A stretch of 64,000 bases of DNA from an uncultured Holophagales bacterium (GCA_963842525.1 CAWJGT010000025.1:320001-384000), one strand, 5' to 3'. Shown: positions 1 through 10,569, numbered from the stretch's first letter. Notes: generated by a model from the letters alone, not told the origin. Program-made: numbers and translations.

Positions 1-82
1 GTCTGCCCGACAGGAACTTGAAGCGATCAGGAAAGTTCCTTTTCCTTGGGAGACTGATCATGCGCAAGGGCATCGCCTGCGT

Positions 83-136
83 CCCCCCTCTCCCGGCCGG
101 TGGGGGGGCGATGGGAGAGGGGGACAGGGGGTGAGG
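83..136. repeat. REP-like palindrome, CCCCTCTCCC...GGGAGAGGGG family (right half of a doublet)
   Basis: cccccctctcccggccggtgggggggcgatgggagagggggacagggggtgagg. The same unit recurs at ~7.9, 9.7, 19.4, 42.2, 53.4 and 55.7 kb. It overlaps the GTG start of the next gene. Confidence 0.85.
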
Positions 137-2785
137 TTCTTCCTCCCCCTCTCCCTCCTCGCCGCCGTGGCGTGGGCCGCGGGGCCGCCCCCGGTCACGC
201 CGCCGCCGTCGAGCCCTCCCTACAAGGTCCTGCGCGAGCTGCGCGAGGCCGTCGACAAGCTCCCCGAGAAGTACAGGCAGTGGGTGCTGGAGGTCGACCC
301 GATCCTCACGCCGGACGAGAAGAAGGCCTTCCTCGCCCTCACCAAGGACTACCAGCGCGACGCTTTCATCGAGCGCTTCTGGGCGGTGCGGGATCCAGAG
401 CCGCGCACCGGCCGCAACGAATTCCGCGGGCGCTGGGAGGCCAAGGTCCAGGAGGCCCGGCTCCGCTTTCCCGACCTCCGGGACGTACGCGCCCACATTT
501 TCCTGCTCAACGGCGCGCCCACGGAGACCCTCGAGTCCAATTGCCCGCTGATCCTCTGGCCGCTCGAGGTCTGGTTCTACGCCGAAGCCGAACGGGTCCA
601 CGAGGAGTTCGTCGCCGTCTTCTACCGCAAATGGGGCGAGAAGGACTTCCGGCTCTGGCACCCCAGCGAGGGGATCGACGCCCTGTTCGCCAATGGCGTG
701 GGGCAGGGAGGAGGCGAGAGCGGCGGCGTGGCCAGCCAGGGTGGGGGCGGGAACCCGGAAAGCCCGCGCAACGGCGACAGGGGATCGACGACCGCGGCGG
801 AAAACGTCCTCGACCGGCTCACCAATCCGATCTCCGGCTGCGGTGACACCGACAAGTCGATGAAGATCGCCGCGGCCCTGCGGTGGCCCGGCTCGAAAGG
901 CATGGGCTACGAGATGCTCCGGGCGCGCTTCGAGAGGGCGCTGGAGGGGCCGGGCAAGGAATGGGTCGCCACCTTCGGCTCCTATTCGACCGACTTGCCG
1001 GAGGGGGCCGAGCTCCTGCCCGGGAAGCTCGCGGTCGACTTCCCCGGCCGGCGCCTGAGCCAGACCGTCCTCCAGGGGGTGGTCACCGTCATCGCGGCGG
1101 ACGCCGGGGCGGCCGTGTTCGAGGGCTACCGGTCGTGGAATTTCCTGCTCACCGGCGAGGTCCTCCGCGACGGCCAGCTCTTCGACAACTTCCGTTACAA
1201 GTTCGACTTCCCCGCGGGCGAGGAGAGCTTCCCCCTGGTCTTCCAGCGCTTCCTGCGGCCCGGCGAGTACACCCTGGTCCTCAAGGTGGAGGACGTCAAT
1301 TCCGGCAGGATCTACCGCGAGGAGCGCCCGCTGGCGGTGCCCCGGCGGGAGGAGGAGGCCACGGCGACCGCCACTCCGGCGAGCACCGATCCCACCGACG
1401 CGAACGACCTGGAGACGGCGCGCCTGCTCACCGAGGCGAACGCCGCCCTGGGCACCGGCGAGCCGACGATCCGGCTCGTGCCACCGCACGGCGAGCTGCA
1501 GACCGGCATGCTGCGCTTCGACACCCTGGTGACCGGCCCGCGCGTCGCCGGGGTGACCTTCCAGCTCGACGGCAAGCCGGTGCTCACCAAGAAGAGGCCT
1601 CCCTACAGCGTGGAGCTGGACCTCGGCTCCCTGCCGCGCCCCCGGACGCTCACGGTGACCGCCTTCGACGAGGAAGGCGCCGAGGTCGCCAGCGACGAGC
1701 TGCTGATCAACGCCGCGGTCCACCGCTTCCGGGTCGAGCTCGTGGAGCCCCGGCGGGGCCGGCACTACCAAGGGAGCCTGCTCGCCCGCGCCGAGGTCGA
1801 CACACCCGAGAGCGGGGCCGTCGAGCGGGTGGAATTCTTCCTCGACGAGACCCGGGTGGCGACCCTCTTCCAGCCCCCGTGGGAGCAGCCGGTCGTGCTG
1901 CCGCCGGAGGGGGCGCTCGCCTACGTGCGGGCTGTCGCCTACCTGACCGACGGCAACTCCACCGAGGATCTGGTGTTCGTCAACGCGCCGGAGAACATGG
2001 AGGAGATCGACGTCGACCTCGTCGAGCTCTACACCACGGTGCTCGACCGCAAGGGGCGCCCGGTCTCCGGCCTCGGCGGGCAGGACTTCGCCGTCTTCGA
2101 GGACGGCACCCGCCAGGAGGTCGTCCGTTTCGACCGGTTGACCGACCAGCCGGTCCACACCGCCGTGGCGATCGATGTCTCGGCCTCGATGGAGGAGAGC
2201 CTCGACCAGGCGCGCCAGGCCGCCCTCGGCTTCCTCAAGAGCACGATCCGGCCCAAGGACCGGGCCGCGGTCATCACCTTCAACGACCATCCGAACCTGG
2301 CGGCCAAGTTCACCAGCGACCTGGGCGTGCTGGCGGGCGGCCTCGCCGGGCTCAAGGCGGAGCGCGGCACGTCGCTCTATGACGCTCTGATCTTCTCGCT
2401 CTACTACTTCAACGGCATCAAGGGCCAGCGCGCCCTGCTGCTGGTCTCCGACGGCAAGGACGAGGGGAGCCGCTTCGGCTTCGAAGAGGCGTTGGAGTAC
2501 GCCCGCCGGGCCGGCGTGACGATCTACACCATCGGCCTGGGCAAGGAGGCGGACAAGAGGAAGCTGGAGCGGATCGCGGAGGAGACCGGCGGCCGGTCGT
2601 TCTTCCTGCGCGACGCCGCCGAGCTGGCGGGAATCTACGCCGCGATCGAGGAGGAGCTGCGGTCGCAGTACCTGATCGCCTACCAGTCGACCAACACCAC
2701 GGGCTCGAACGCTTTCCGCACGATCGACTTGAAGGTCGGCCGGTCGGGGCTGGAGGCGAAGACGATTCGGGGGTACTACCAGTGA
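131..2785 (+). CDS. Secreted GWxTD-like domain + Ig-like + VWA domain protein (paralogue 1)
   Basis: Signal peptide. FIERFWAVRDPEPRTGRNEF GWxTD-type N-terminus. C-terminal VWA with MIDAS DVSASM, TSLYDAL and LLVSDGKD, as in Acidobacterial VWFA-related proteins. Confidence 0.85.
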   Translation: MRFFLPLSLLAAVAWAAGPPPVTPPPSSPPYKVLRELREAVDKLPEKYRQWVLEVDPILTPDEKKAFLALTKDYQRDAFIERFWAVRDPEPRTGRNEFRGRWEAKVQEARLRFPDLRDVRAHIFLLNGAPTETLESNCPLILWPLEVWFYAEAERVHEEFVAVFYRKWGEKDFRLWHPSEGIDALFANGVGQGGGESGGVASQGGGGNPESPRNGDRGSTTAAENVLDRLTNPISGCGDTDKSMKIAAALRWPGSKGMGYEMLRARFERALEGPGKEWVATFGSYSTDLPEGAELLPGKLAVDFPGRRLSQTVLQGVVTVIAADAGAAVFEGYRSWNFLLTGEVLRDGQLFDNFRYKFDFPAGEESFPLVFQRFLRPGEYTLVLKVEDVNSGRIYREERPLAVPRREEEATATATPASTDPTDANDLETARLLTEANAALGTGEPTIRLVPPHGELQTGMLRFDTLVTGPRVAGVTFQLDGKPVLTKKRPPYSVELDLGSLPRPRTLTVTAFDEEGAEVASDELLINAAVHRFRVELVEPRRGRHYQGSLLARAEVDTPESGAVERVEFFLDETRVATLFQPPWEQPVVLPPEGALAYVRAVAYLTDGNSTEDLVFVNAPENMEEIDVDLVELYTTVLDRKGRPVSGLGGQDFAVFEDGTRQEVVRFDRLTDQPVHTAVAIDVSASMEESLDQARQAALGFLKSTIRPKDRAAVITFNDHPNLAAKFTSDLGVLAGGLAGLKAERGTSLYDALIFSLYYFNGIKGQRALLLVSDGKDEGSRFGFEEALEYARRAGVTIYTIGLGKEADKRKLERIAEETGGRSFFLRDAAELAGIYAAIEEELRSQYLIAYQSTNTTGSNAFRTIDLKVGRSGLEAKTIRGYYQ

Positions 2786-2806
2786 CCGGCCGAAGCCGGG
2801 CGACCC

Positions 2807-3493
2807 TTACGGCTCGAAGCCCTGGCCGAAGCGGGCGATCTTCTCCTGGATCTCGCCGACGATCCGGCGCAGGGCGGCGAGGTCGGTGGCGCTGAGATGA
2901 GCGGCCAGCTCCTGGAACAGGGGCTCGATCTCGGGCCGGTAGCGGTAGAGGAGGGTCAGGATGTCCGTCTCGTAGAGGGCCACGCGGACCAGGTCACCCT
3001 GGCGGTAGAGGGACGGCAGGGCATAGAGCTTCAGGATCAGCAGCCCCTCCACCGTGGCGCAGGGGACCTCCCGCTCCACGAAGGGCTGGACGGTCCGGTA
3101 CCTCTGCCTCACCGTCTCGAAGAGGGGGTTGCTGGTCAGCAGGAGGTCGATCCGCAGCCCGTCGAACGTCCCGCGGACGAAGTCCTGATCGCGGCCGGTG
3201 ATCTGGATCTCGGGAAGCCCCTCCAGGGCGGAGAGGGCCAGGATCAGATCGATGTCCTCCGTGTTCCGCCCCTCGACGTACTGCAGGAGCGCGATGCCTC
3301 CGACCAGCAGGTAGTCGGTCCGCCGCTCGCTCAGGAGGGCGAAGAGACGGTCCACCGCATCCAGCAGGGCACTGTCGCTCACGGTCGCTCCACGGGGATG
3401 GCGAAAGTTGAAGAGCAAGGCGTTCCGGACGACCTTGCCGATATGGACGGGGCTCCGGGCTTCGACGGCTCGCATGTCCACCTCGGCCCCCAT
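2807..3493 (-). CDS. Putative nucleotidyltransferase-fold protein
   Basis: YLLVGGIAL...RNTEDIDL motif (GG...DxD of the pol-beta NTase fold) and later ATVEGLLILKL. Start codon uncertain. Confidence 0.65.
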   Translation of the reverse strand: MGAEVDMRAVEARSPVHIGKVVRNALLFNFRHPRGATVSDSALLDAVDRLFALLSERRTDYLLVGGIALLQYVEGRNTEDIDLILALSALEGLPEIQITGRDQDFVRGTFDGLRIDLLLTSNPLFETVRQRYRTVQPFVEREVPCATVEGLLILKLYALPSLYRQGDLVRVALYETDILTLLYRYRPEIEPLFQELAAHLSATDLAALRRIVGEIQEKIARFGQGFEP

Positions 3494-3561
3494 TCTACGC
3501 CCCGACCCGCCCCGGGCCGGAACAGGCTTGTCTCCCTCATCCCCCGGGAGTAGGATCGTAC

Positions 3562-6150
3562 GTGATGTCAGGCTCCAGCCGTTCCCTCCTGACTGCCATC
3601 GCCGCTGTCCTCCTCGCCGGAGCCGTGAGCGCTGGTCCGGCGGCCCCGCCGAAGCCCGAGACGCCTGAGACGCCTGAAGACACTGCCAACCTTCAGCCCC
3701 GGCACAAGAAGTTTCTCGAAGAGGTCGCGCCCCTGCTCCGCGATCCGGAGCGCCAGGCCTTCCTCACCCTGACTAAGGACTACCAGCGCGACACCTTCAT
3801 CCGGCGCTTCTGGGAAGTGCGCGACCCGCACCCGCAGACGGCGCGCAACGAATTCCGTGAGCGCTGGGAGGAGCGGACCGGCCTCGCCCGTGAACGCTTC
3901 GGCAACCTCGAGGAGGACCGTGCCCGCCTGCTCCTCTGGAACGGCCCGCCGAAGGCGAGCTTCCAGGCCCAGTGCGACACCCTTCTGCCGGTCGAGGTCT
4001 GGAGCTACGACGGGACCGACCGCCTCAAAGGAAGCTTCACGCTGATCTTCGTCTCGCCCCAGGGCTCCTCGCGCGGCCCCTTCCGCCTCTGGTACCCGAG
4101 CCAGGGGATCCAGGCGCTCCTTGCGCCGGAGGCCCGCCTGCGCACCCAGGACGAGGGAGGCCTCGAACAGGCCCTCGACCGCTGTCCCCGCGGCGGCGAG
4201 GTGGTCGGAGCCCTCGGGCTCGCCGCCGACTGGGGGCGCATCGAGGAGAAGGTCCAGCTCGCCCCGGACCCGGGCACCGAGTGGCTCACCACCTTCCTGG
4301 CCCGTTCGACCGACCTGCCCGGCGGAGCGCAGCCCTTCCCTGCCCAGGTCGACGTCTCCTTCCCCGCCCGCTACGGCAGCCGCACCGTGATGCAGACCCT
4401 GGTGAGCGTGCCGCGGCAGGAGGTGCAGCCGGAGCGGCTGAAGGACAGCGCGGCCTACAATTTCGTCGTCGACGGCGAGATCCTCTACCGCGGCGAGCTG
4501 TTCGAGCAGTTCCGCTACCGGTTCAACTTCCCCGAGGCCGAGGCGCAGGCGGCGACCCTGCCCATGGTCTTCCAGCGCTATCTGCGGCCAGGAAGCTACA
4601 CGCTGGTGCTGCGGATCGAGGACACCGGCGGCAAGCGCTTCTTCCGCGAGCAGAGGGAGATGGAGATCCCGCCGGTCGAGGCGGCCGGGACGGCGGTGGC
4701 CGCGGCGCCGGCATCCGCGCCTTCCCCAGGGCCGGCGCCCTCCAGTCCCGGTGCGGAGGGCGCGCTCGCCGAAGCCAACGCACCCTCCTTCGGCAGCGAC
4801 GAGCAGAGCATCCGGATCATCGCGCCGCCGCCGGGGCTGATGACCGGCAAGGCACGGCTGGAGGCCCAGACGACCGGTGACGGGATCTCCAAGGTCAGCT
4901 TCCGGCTGAACGGCAAGCCGGTTCTCACCAAGGCCCGGCCGCCCTACAGCGTCGAGCTGAACCTGGGGGACGCGCCGCGCATCCACACCCTCGAAGCCGT
5001 GGCCCTGGCCGCGGACGGCCGCGAGCTGGCGCAGGACCAGATCCTCCTGAACAGCGGCCCGCAGCGCTTCTCGCTCCGCCTCGTCGAGCCGCAGCAGGGC
5101 CGCATGTACCAGGAGAGCCTGCGCGCCCAGGCCCAGGTCGACGTGCCCGAGGGAGAGCAGCTCGACCGGGTCGAGGTCTGGTTCGGCGAGACCCTGGTCG
5201 CCACCCTCTTCCAACCCCCGTTCGTGCAGCCCATCCTGCTGCCGCCGAACGCAGGCCTGTCCTACGTCCGCGCCGTCGCCTATCTGAAGGACGGCAACTC
5301 GACCGAGGACACGGCGGTGATCAACGCCCCCGACTACATGGAGCAGATGGACGTCGACTTCGTCGAGCTCTATACGACCGTCGCGGACAAGAAGGGGAGC
5401 CCTGTCGAGGGGCTGACCGCCAAGGACTTCACGGTCGTCGAGGACGGCGTGCCGCAGGAGGTCCGGCGCTTCGAGATGGTGCGCGACCTGCCGGTCTATG
5501 CCGGCATCCTGCTCGACACGTCCTCCTCCATGGGCGAGAACGAGGGGCAGAAGCTCGACGAGGCGGTCAAGGCGGGCCTGCGCTTCTTCGAGACCGTGAT
5601 CCAGCCCAAGGACCGGGCGGCCGTCTTCACCTTCAACGACACGGCGAGCCTGGCCGTGCGCTTCACCAACCAGATCGACGTCCTCTCGGCCGGGCTGAAC
5701 GGCCTCACCGCCGAGGGGAACACGGCGCTCTACGACAGCATCATCTATACCTTGTACTACTTCGGCGGGCTCAAGGGGAAGAAGGCCATCGTCCTGCTCT
5801 CGGACGGCCAGGACGTGGGCAGCCACTACGGCTTCAACGAGGCCCTGGACTATGCGCGGCGCAGCGGCGTGGCGATCTACGCCGTGGGGATCAACCTGCA
5901 GCATCGGGACGTGGACGTCCGGTCGAAGCTGCAACGGCTGGCCGACGAGACGGGCGGCAGGCCCTTCTTCATCAACGCGGCCACCGAGCTGGGCCGGGTG
6001 TTCGAGAGCGTCGAGAGCGAGCTGCGCTCGCAGTACCTGCTGGCCTACCAGTCCTCGAAGCAGGGAGGGGACGAGAAGTTCCGCACCGTCGAGGTGAAGG
6101 TGTCCCGCCCCGGCCTCGAGGCCAAGACCATCCGGGGCTATTACCCCTGA
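3562..6150 (+). CDS. Secreted GWxTD-like domain + Ig-like + VWA domain protein (paralogue 2)
   Basis: Co-linear with 131..2785 ([17 protein letters not shown]; [16 protein letters not shown]; [11 protein letters not shown]). MIDAS DTSSSM. Confidence 0.85.
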   Translation: MMSGSSRSLLTAIAAVLLAGAVSAGPAAPPKPETPETPEDTANLQPRHKKFLEEVAPLLRDPERQAFLTLTKDYQRDTFIRRFWEVRDPHPQTARNEFRERWEERTGLARERFGNLEEDRARLLLWNGPPKASFQAQCDTLLPVEVWSYDGTDRLKGSFTLIFVSPQGSSRGPFRLWYPSQGIQALLAPEARLRTQDEGGLEQALDRCPRGGEVVGALGLAADWGRIEEKVQLAPDPGTEWLTTFLARSTDLPGGAQPFPAQVDVSFPARYGSRTVMQTLVSVPRQEVQPERLKDSAAYNFVVDGEILYRGELFEQFRYRFNFPEAEAQAATLPMVFQRYLRPGSYTLVLRIEDTGGKRFFREQREMEIPPVEAAGTAVAAAPASAPSPGPAPSSPGAEGALAEANAPSFGSDEQSIRIIAPPPGLMTGKARLEAQTTGDGISKVSFRLNGKPVLTKARPPYSVELNLGDAPRIHTLEAVALAADGRELAQDQILLNSGPQRFSLRLVEPQQGRMYQESLRAQAQVDVPEGEQLDRVEVWFGETLVATLFQPPFVQPILLPPNAGLSYVRAVAYLKDGNSTEDTAVINAPDYMEQMDVDFVELYTTVADKKGSPVEGLTAKDFTVVEDGVPQEVRRFEMVRDLPVYAGILLDTSSSMGENEGQKLDEAVKAGLRFFETVIQPKDRAAVFTFNDTASLAVRFTNQIDVLSAGLNGLTAEGNTALYDSIIYTLYYFGGLKGKKAIVLLSDGQDVGSHYGFNEALDYARRSGVAIYAVGINLQHRDVDVRSKLQRLADETGGRPFFINAATELGRVFESVESELRSQYLLAYQSSKQGGDEKFRTVEVKVSRPGLEAKTIRGYYP

Positions 6151-6761
6151 AATCACCCCTGAGCCCCCTTCCCAGGCTGATTCTCGCCTCAGGCTCTCCC
6201 CGGCGGCGCGAGCTGCTGGCCGGGTTGGGGCTGCGCTTCGAGGTGCACCCCGCCGACGTCGACGAGACCCCGCGTCCCGGCGAGCCTCCCCGCGACTACG
6301 TCCTGCGGCTGGCCCGCGAGAAGGCCGCCGCGGTCGCCCGGTCCAGCGGGCCTGGCACGCTGGTGCTCGCCGCGGACACCGCCGTGGTGATCGACGGTGA
6401 GATCCTGGGCAAGCCCCTGGACGAGGAGGACGCCCGCCGCATGCTCCGCCTCCTCGCTGGCCGCCAGCACGAGGTGCTGACCGGCGTCGCCCTGCAGGAG
6501 GTCGAAGGACCCGGAGCCGCTGTCGTGGAGACCTCAAAGGTGCGCATGGCGCCGCTCGACGACCGGGAGATCGACTGGTACGTGGCCACCGGCGAGCCGC
6601 TGGACAAGGCCGGCGGCTACGCCATCCAGGGCCTGGGCGCCCTCTTCGTGGAGGCGGTCGACGGCAATTACAGCAACGTCGTCGGGCTGCCGGTCTCGAC
6701 GGTGTACCGGCTGTTTGCCGATCTGGGGTACGACGTCGTCACCCTTCTGGACCGCCCCTAG
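6147..6761 (+). CDS. maf: Maf family nucleoside triphosphate pyrophosphatase
   Basis: The frame upstream of the ORF-track start reads [14 protein letters not shown]. Also [25 protein letters not shown] and NVVGLP. Only CTG codons (6147, 6159) are available as nearby starts before the conserved motif. Confidence 0.9.
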   Translation: MKSPLSPLPRLILASGSPRRRELLAGLGLRFEVHPADVDETPRPGEPPRDYVLRLAREKAAAVARSSGPGTLVLAADTAVVIDGEILGKPLDEEDARRMLRLLAGRQHEVLTGVALQEVEGPGAAVVETSKVRMAPLDDREIDWYVATGEPLDKAGGYAIQGLGALFVEAVDGNYSNVVGLPVSTVYRLFADLGYDVVTLLDRP

Positions 6762-7497
6762 GACCCTCGATCGCCCGCTGCGCCCGGCGGCAGATGCCAC
6801 GGAGAATGGCGACCTCGCGGCTGTTCGGGGTGGCGCGGGCGGCGAGGCGCCGGAGGTCTCGCAGCACGCCTGCAAAGCTGTCGTCGCGGTCGAAGCCGAT
6901 CCGCCGCAGGACGTGCGCCGCATGGTCGAAGAGGCCGTCGAGCTCCGCGGTCGTGGCCGGCGGGTCGGGCTCGCCGACCGCGAGGAGACTGCCGGGCGGC
7001 AGCGGCTCGCCGCGGGCGACGAACAGCTCGTAGGCGAGGATCAGCACGGCCTGGCTCAGATTGAGGGTCGGCTGGACCGGCGAGCAGGGGATGGTCACCA
7101 GGAGGCTGGCGAGGGCGAGCTCGTCGTTGGTGAGGCCTCCCACCTCGGGTCCGAAGAGGAGCGCCGTGGGCGTGCCAGGCGGGTCCTGGGCCAGCCGGGC
7201 CGCCAGCTCGCGGGGCGGGATCACCGGCACCTCCCACCGGCGGTCGCGGTTCGAGGTGGTGCCCACGATGCGGCGGAACGGCGCCAGGGCCTCCCGCAGG
7301 CCGGCCGCCCGCTGCGCGCCGTCGAGGACGTGCTTCGCCCCCACCGCGAAGGCTGTGGCGACGTTGCCGAGGACCGCGGCCGGCTCGACCAGGATCAGCC
7401 GTTCGAGCCCCATGTTCGCCATGGCCCGCGCCGTCGACCCGACGTTGCCTTCTTCCCGGGGGCGCACCAGCACGACGGCGGGGGTGGGCTCGCTCAT
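6739..7497 (-). CDS. TrmJ/LasT family SPOUT RNA methyltransferase
   Basis: [47 protein letters not shown]. Confidence 0.9.
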   Translation of the reverse strand: MSEPTPAVVLVRPREEGNVGSTARAMANMGLERLILVEPAAVLGNVATAFAVGAKHVLDGAQRAAGLREALAPFRRIVGTTSNRDRRWEVPVIPPRELAARLAQDPPGTPTALLFGPEVGGLTNDELALASLLVTIPCSPVQPTLNLSQAVLILAYELFVARGEPLPPGSLLAVGEPDPPATTAELDGLFDHAAHVLRRIGFDRDDSFAGVLRDLRRLAARATPNSREVAILRGICRRAQRAIEGPRGGPEG

Positions 7498-7517
7498 GCA
7501 GCCGACTCTATCGTCCC

Positions 7518-7547
7518 TTGACAGCTCCGTCGCGGGGACGCTAGTTT
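7518..7547 (+). promoter_or_regulatory. Putative sigma70 promoter (TTGACA-N18-TAGTTT)
   Basis: Perfect -35 and a near-consensus -10, about 30 bp upstream of the RBS/ATG at 7577. Confidence 0.5.
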
Positions 7548-7576
7548 GTTTTTACCGAAGGACAAGAGGAGGAGCG

Positions 7577-7891
7577 ATGAACGAGAACCCGGCGATGCGT
7601 GCGTACCTGATCTTCACCGGCAGCGGGCCGATCCTGGTGCTGTCGACCTATTCGGCGCTGACCGACGAGCGCTTGGTCAGCAAGCTGCGCTACAAGGGGA
7701 TCGACAAATTCATCGCCTACGAGGTGAACCTCGACGCGGTCCGGTCGCGCTACGAGCACTCCTTCGAGAACATCGCCCAGGACCTGGAGCACGGCGAGGA
7801 GGACGTCCGGGTCCTCGACTTCAACGGCCACCAGATCATGGCCAATTTCTCGCTGAATGCTTTGGGGGAGCCGATCAAGTACGGGGGTTAA
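7577..7891 (+). CDS. Small hypothetical cytosolic protein
   Basis: Strong RBS gaggagg before ATG 7577. GC3-rich codon usage. MRAYLIFTGSGPILVL...RVLDFNGHQI. Confidence 0.8.
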   Translation: MNENPAMRAYLIFTGSGPILVLSTYSALTDERLVSKLRYKGIDKFIAYEVNLDAVRSRYEHSFENIAQDLEHGEEDVRVLDFNGHQIMANFSLNALGEPIKYGG

Positions 7892-7892
7892 A

Positions 7893-7937
7893 GCTCCCTT
7901 TCCCCCGGTACGGGGGAGAGGGCTGGGGAGAGGGGGG
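7893..7937. repeat. Degenerate REP-like palindrome (CCCTCTCCC family) between convergent genes
   Basis: ctccctttcccccggtacgggggagagggctggggagagggggg. Confidence 0.7.
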
Positions 7938-7949
7938 ACGGGATCGACC

Positions 7950-8492
7950 CTATTCAGCCTCGGCTTCGATCTTCGCCGCCGTGAAGCCGCGGGTGACCAT
8001 CTGGTAGGTCAGCGCGGCCATGCAGCGGCGGGCCACCTTGCGGACGCTCGACGGGTGGTAGCCCATCTGGGCGGCGACCTCGGCGGAGTCGTAGCCAAGG
8101 CCATAGCGGAGCTGGAGGAGCTTGCGGCAGCGCGGCGGCAGCTCGTCGAGCAGGGCGTTCAGGTCCCACAGCAGCTCGGCCCGCTCCTGCGGAGCCGCCA
8201 CCGGCTCCGAGAGCAGCTCGAGGATCGCCGTGTCGACCGTGTTGTAGAGGTTGTTGCGCTTCTTCCGCCAGTAGACGACGCACCGGTTGCGCAGGGTGAC
8301 CAGGAGCCAGGCCTCGGGGTCCTGGATCGTGTCCCACTTCTGGATCGTGGAGATGAGAGCCTCCTGCACGAGGTCTTCTGCGTCGTGGGCCGGCACCCGG
8401 TATCGGCTAAGCACTTGCTTCAACCTGGGACGGAGTCGTCGCAGGAGCTGGTCGAGAGACTCCCTTCCTATCGGTTGGTCAGACACAGCCAT
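7950..8492 (-). CDS. ECF-type sigma-70 factor (no adjacent anti-sigma)
   Basis: Region 2 DAEDLVQEAL...EAWLLVTLRNRC and region 4 LDELPPRCRKLLQLRY...AEVAAQMG. Start taken at MAVSDQ; the track start is 8537. Confidence 0.85.
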   Translation of the reverse strand: MAVSDQPIGRESLDQLLRRLRPRLKQVLSRYRVPAHDAEDLVQEALISTIQKWDTIQDPEAWLLVTLRNRCVVYWRKKRNNLYNTVDTAILELLSEPVAAPQERAELLWDLNALLDELPPRCRKLLQLRYGLGYDSAEVAAQMGYHPSSVRKVARRCMAALTYQMVTRGFTAAKIEAEAE

Positions 8493-8628
8493 CAGGGTCC
8501 GCTTTCTGGCACAACGGTCCGCTCCACTGGGAGCCAATCATAAACCCGGTGAGCACCGCTTGCCCACCCAAGTACCGGCATAGACCTGGTCGAGCCGTCA
8601 AGCAGGAGGATGATAAACTCCCGCCCGC

Positions 8629-9306
8629 ATGACTACAACCGTCCGACTCAAGCCCCTGGTCGCTCGCAGTCTCCGCTCGGCGCCGATCGTCGGCGTGGTG
8701 CGCACCCCCTCTCGCGAGGAGGCGGCGCGCCAGGCCCGGCTCTTCGCCGGAGCCGGGATCGAGCTGGTCGAAATCACCTTCTCGGTCCCTGACGCTCCGC
8801 ACCTCGTCCGCGAGCTCCTGGCGGAACGCGGACCCGACGGGCCTCCCTGGTATGGGATGGGCACCGTGACCACCACCGCCCGCGCCCGCGAGGCGATCGC
8901 CGCCGGCGCCGAGTTCCTGGTCACCCCGAACGTCAGTGCCGAGGTGGCCCGCGAAGCCCGCCAGTCCGACCTGTTCCTTATACTAGGTGCACTGACTGCC
9001 ACAGAAGTTGTCAACGCCCACGAATTGGGAGCGGATCTCGTGAAGGTCTACCCCCTCCCGCCCGTGGGCGGGCCCACCTATCTTTCCACACTCCGCCAGC
9101 CCTTGGGCGACATCCCGATGCTGGCGGCCGGGGGGTTCGGGGTCGAGGAGATCCCGGCCTATGCCGCGGCCGGGGCCATCGCCTTCGGGATCGGCGGGCC
9201 GCTGCTGGGAGCCGACGACGACGAAACCAGGAGTCGAATTACACGGGGTCTTCATCTCGCCCGGGATCTGGTCCAACGGGGCCGCAAGGAAGAGGAGGAG
9301 CGATGA
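8629..9306 (+). CDS. KDPG/KHG aldolase family protein
   Basis: IVGVVR, VEITFS, GMGTV, GAEFLVTP, VKVYP (Schiff-base Lys), AAGG. Confidence 0.85.
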   Translation: MTTTVRLKPLVARSLRSAPIVGVVRTPSREEAARQARLFAGAGIELVEITFSVPDAPHLVRELLAERGPDGPPWYGMGTVTTTARAREAIAAGAEFLVTPNVSAEVAREARQSDLFLILGALTATEVVNAHELGADLVKVYPLPPVGGPTYLSTLRQPLGDIPMLAAGGFGVEEIPAYAAAGAIAFGIGGPLLGADDDETRSRITRGLHLARDLVQRGRKEEEER

Positions 9307-9722
9307 GCTCGACCACACCCCCCCGCCAGGTGGTTTTCGACCCCACGCCCGAGATCTACGCCACCGACACGGCGGGGTCGTTCACCTTTCCGCTGCTGGT
9401 CGGCGGCAAAGCCTTCCTGGAGACGATCTCGTACGACGAGGTGCGCTTCGTCTTCTCGATCTGGCATCCCTCGGGGCAACGCACCATCGACCTCGACCGC
9501 GCCTACGTCGAGCTGCGCGCTTCCTTCGATCCGGACGAGGACCACTGGACCAAGATCGCCGAGATCGAGCCGGTGGTGCCGCCCTATGCCGGCGGCGACA
9601 GCTTCGACGGCTGGATCATCCTGCCGGTGCTCGGCGGCACCAGCGCCTTCGCCGTGGTCGGCAGCGGGTTCGAGCCGCGGGCGCGCCTGCAGCTCCGCGC
9701 CAGCGCCTATTTCGTCGCCTGA
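9303..9722 (+). CDS. Hypothetical protein
   Basis: RBS gaggag, ATGA overlap with the aldolase gene, typical codon usage. Confidence 0.75.
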   Translation: MSSTTPPRQVVFDPTPEIYATDTAGSFTFPLLVGGKAFLETISYDEVRFVFSIWHPSGQRTIDLDRAYVELRASFDPDEDHWTKIAEIEPVVPPYAGGDSFDGWIILPVLGGTSAFAVVGSGFEPRARLQLRASAYFVA

Positions 9723-9723
9723 G

Positions 9724-9897
9724 GCCCTCTCCCCCTGACCCCCTCTCCCGTGCGTCCCCCTTTCCTCCCGCCCCGAACGGGAGAGGGGGAACGTGCATGA
9801 ACTTGCCTGAAGATGGAGATTGGCTGGGTGCGGGCGCCCCTCTCCCGCTCGGGGTGGCGGATGGTGGCCGCGCGGGGGAGGGGTCGGGGGAGGGGGC
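9724..9897. repeat. REP doublet (REPIN-like) of the CCCCTCTCCC family
   Basis: Two inverted hairpin units around a ~45-bp unique spacer, between convergent genes. Confidence 0.8.
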
Positions 9898-10503
9898 CTA
9901 CCGGAACCCCCGGCGCAGCTCGCGCTTGAAGACGCCGAAGGCTTCCTCGCCGTAGAGGCAGAGGACGACGCGGTCGAGCTTGGTCCCGCCCTGGAGGAAG
10001 CGCTGGACCTCGGTCAGCATGATCCGCGCCGCGCGCTCGATGGGGAACCCGAAGACGCCGGTGGAGATGGCCGGCAGGGCGATCGACTTCATGCCGTGAC
10101 GGTCGGCGAGGGCGAGGGCGGAGCGGACGGCGGAGGCCAGCCGCTTGTCCTCGTCCCCCTGCCCCATGCGGGGACCCACGGCGTGGATGACCTGCTTCGC
10201 CTTCAGGTTCCCGGCGCCGGTCATCACGGCCGTGCCCACCGGAGTCCCCCCGATGCGGTTGCACTCCTCCTGGATCGACGGTCCTCCCTTCGCCCGGATG
10301 GCTCCGGCCACGCCGGCGCCGAGCTGGAGGTGCTCGTTGGCGGCGTTGACGATGACGTCGACGTCCAGATCGGTGATGTCTCCCTCCACCAGCTCGAGCT
10401 GGGTGCGCTCCATCTGAAGCACCAGCCGGTTGGTGTCGGGCGCATCTTCGTTCGCGCTTCCCGCGGAAGCCGCCAGCGGAGTCGTAGCTCCCTTCTTGGG
10501 CAC
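9898..10503 (-). CDS. Macro domain protein (ADP-ribose binding/hydrolase)
   Basis: GDITDLDVDVIVNAAN, GAGVAGAI, VIHAVGP, IALPAISTGVFGFP. GTG start at 10503 after RBS aaggggga. Confidence 0.9.
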   Translation of the reverse strand: MPKKGATTPLAASAGSANEDAPDTNRLVLQMERTQLELVEGDITDLDVDVIVNAANEHLQLGAGVAGAIRAKGGPSIQEECNRIGGTPVGTAVMTGAGNLKAKQVIHAVGPRMGQGDEDKRLASAVRSALALADRHGMKSIALPAISTGVFGFPIERAARIMLTEVQRFLQGGTKLDRVVLCLYGEEAFGVFKRELRRGFR

Positions 10504-10569
10504 GCAGTCCCCCTTGGGCCGTTGGTAGGGCCGGCCCTCTACACCCAATAGTGTAGACTGCTCGCCGCC

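Noticed and set aside
3568-6537. Long antisense and alternative-frame ORFs (e.g. 989 aa here; also 16240-19032, 53509-55764, 60013-62589)
   Set aside because: These are shadow ORFs of high-GC coding genes: Arg/Pro/Gly-rich with no recognisable motifs.
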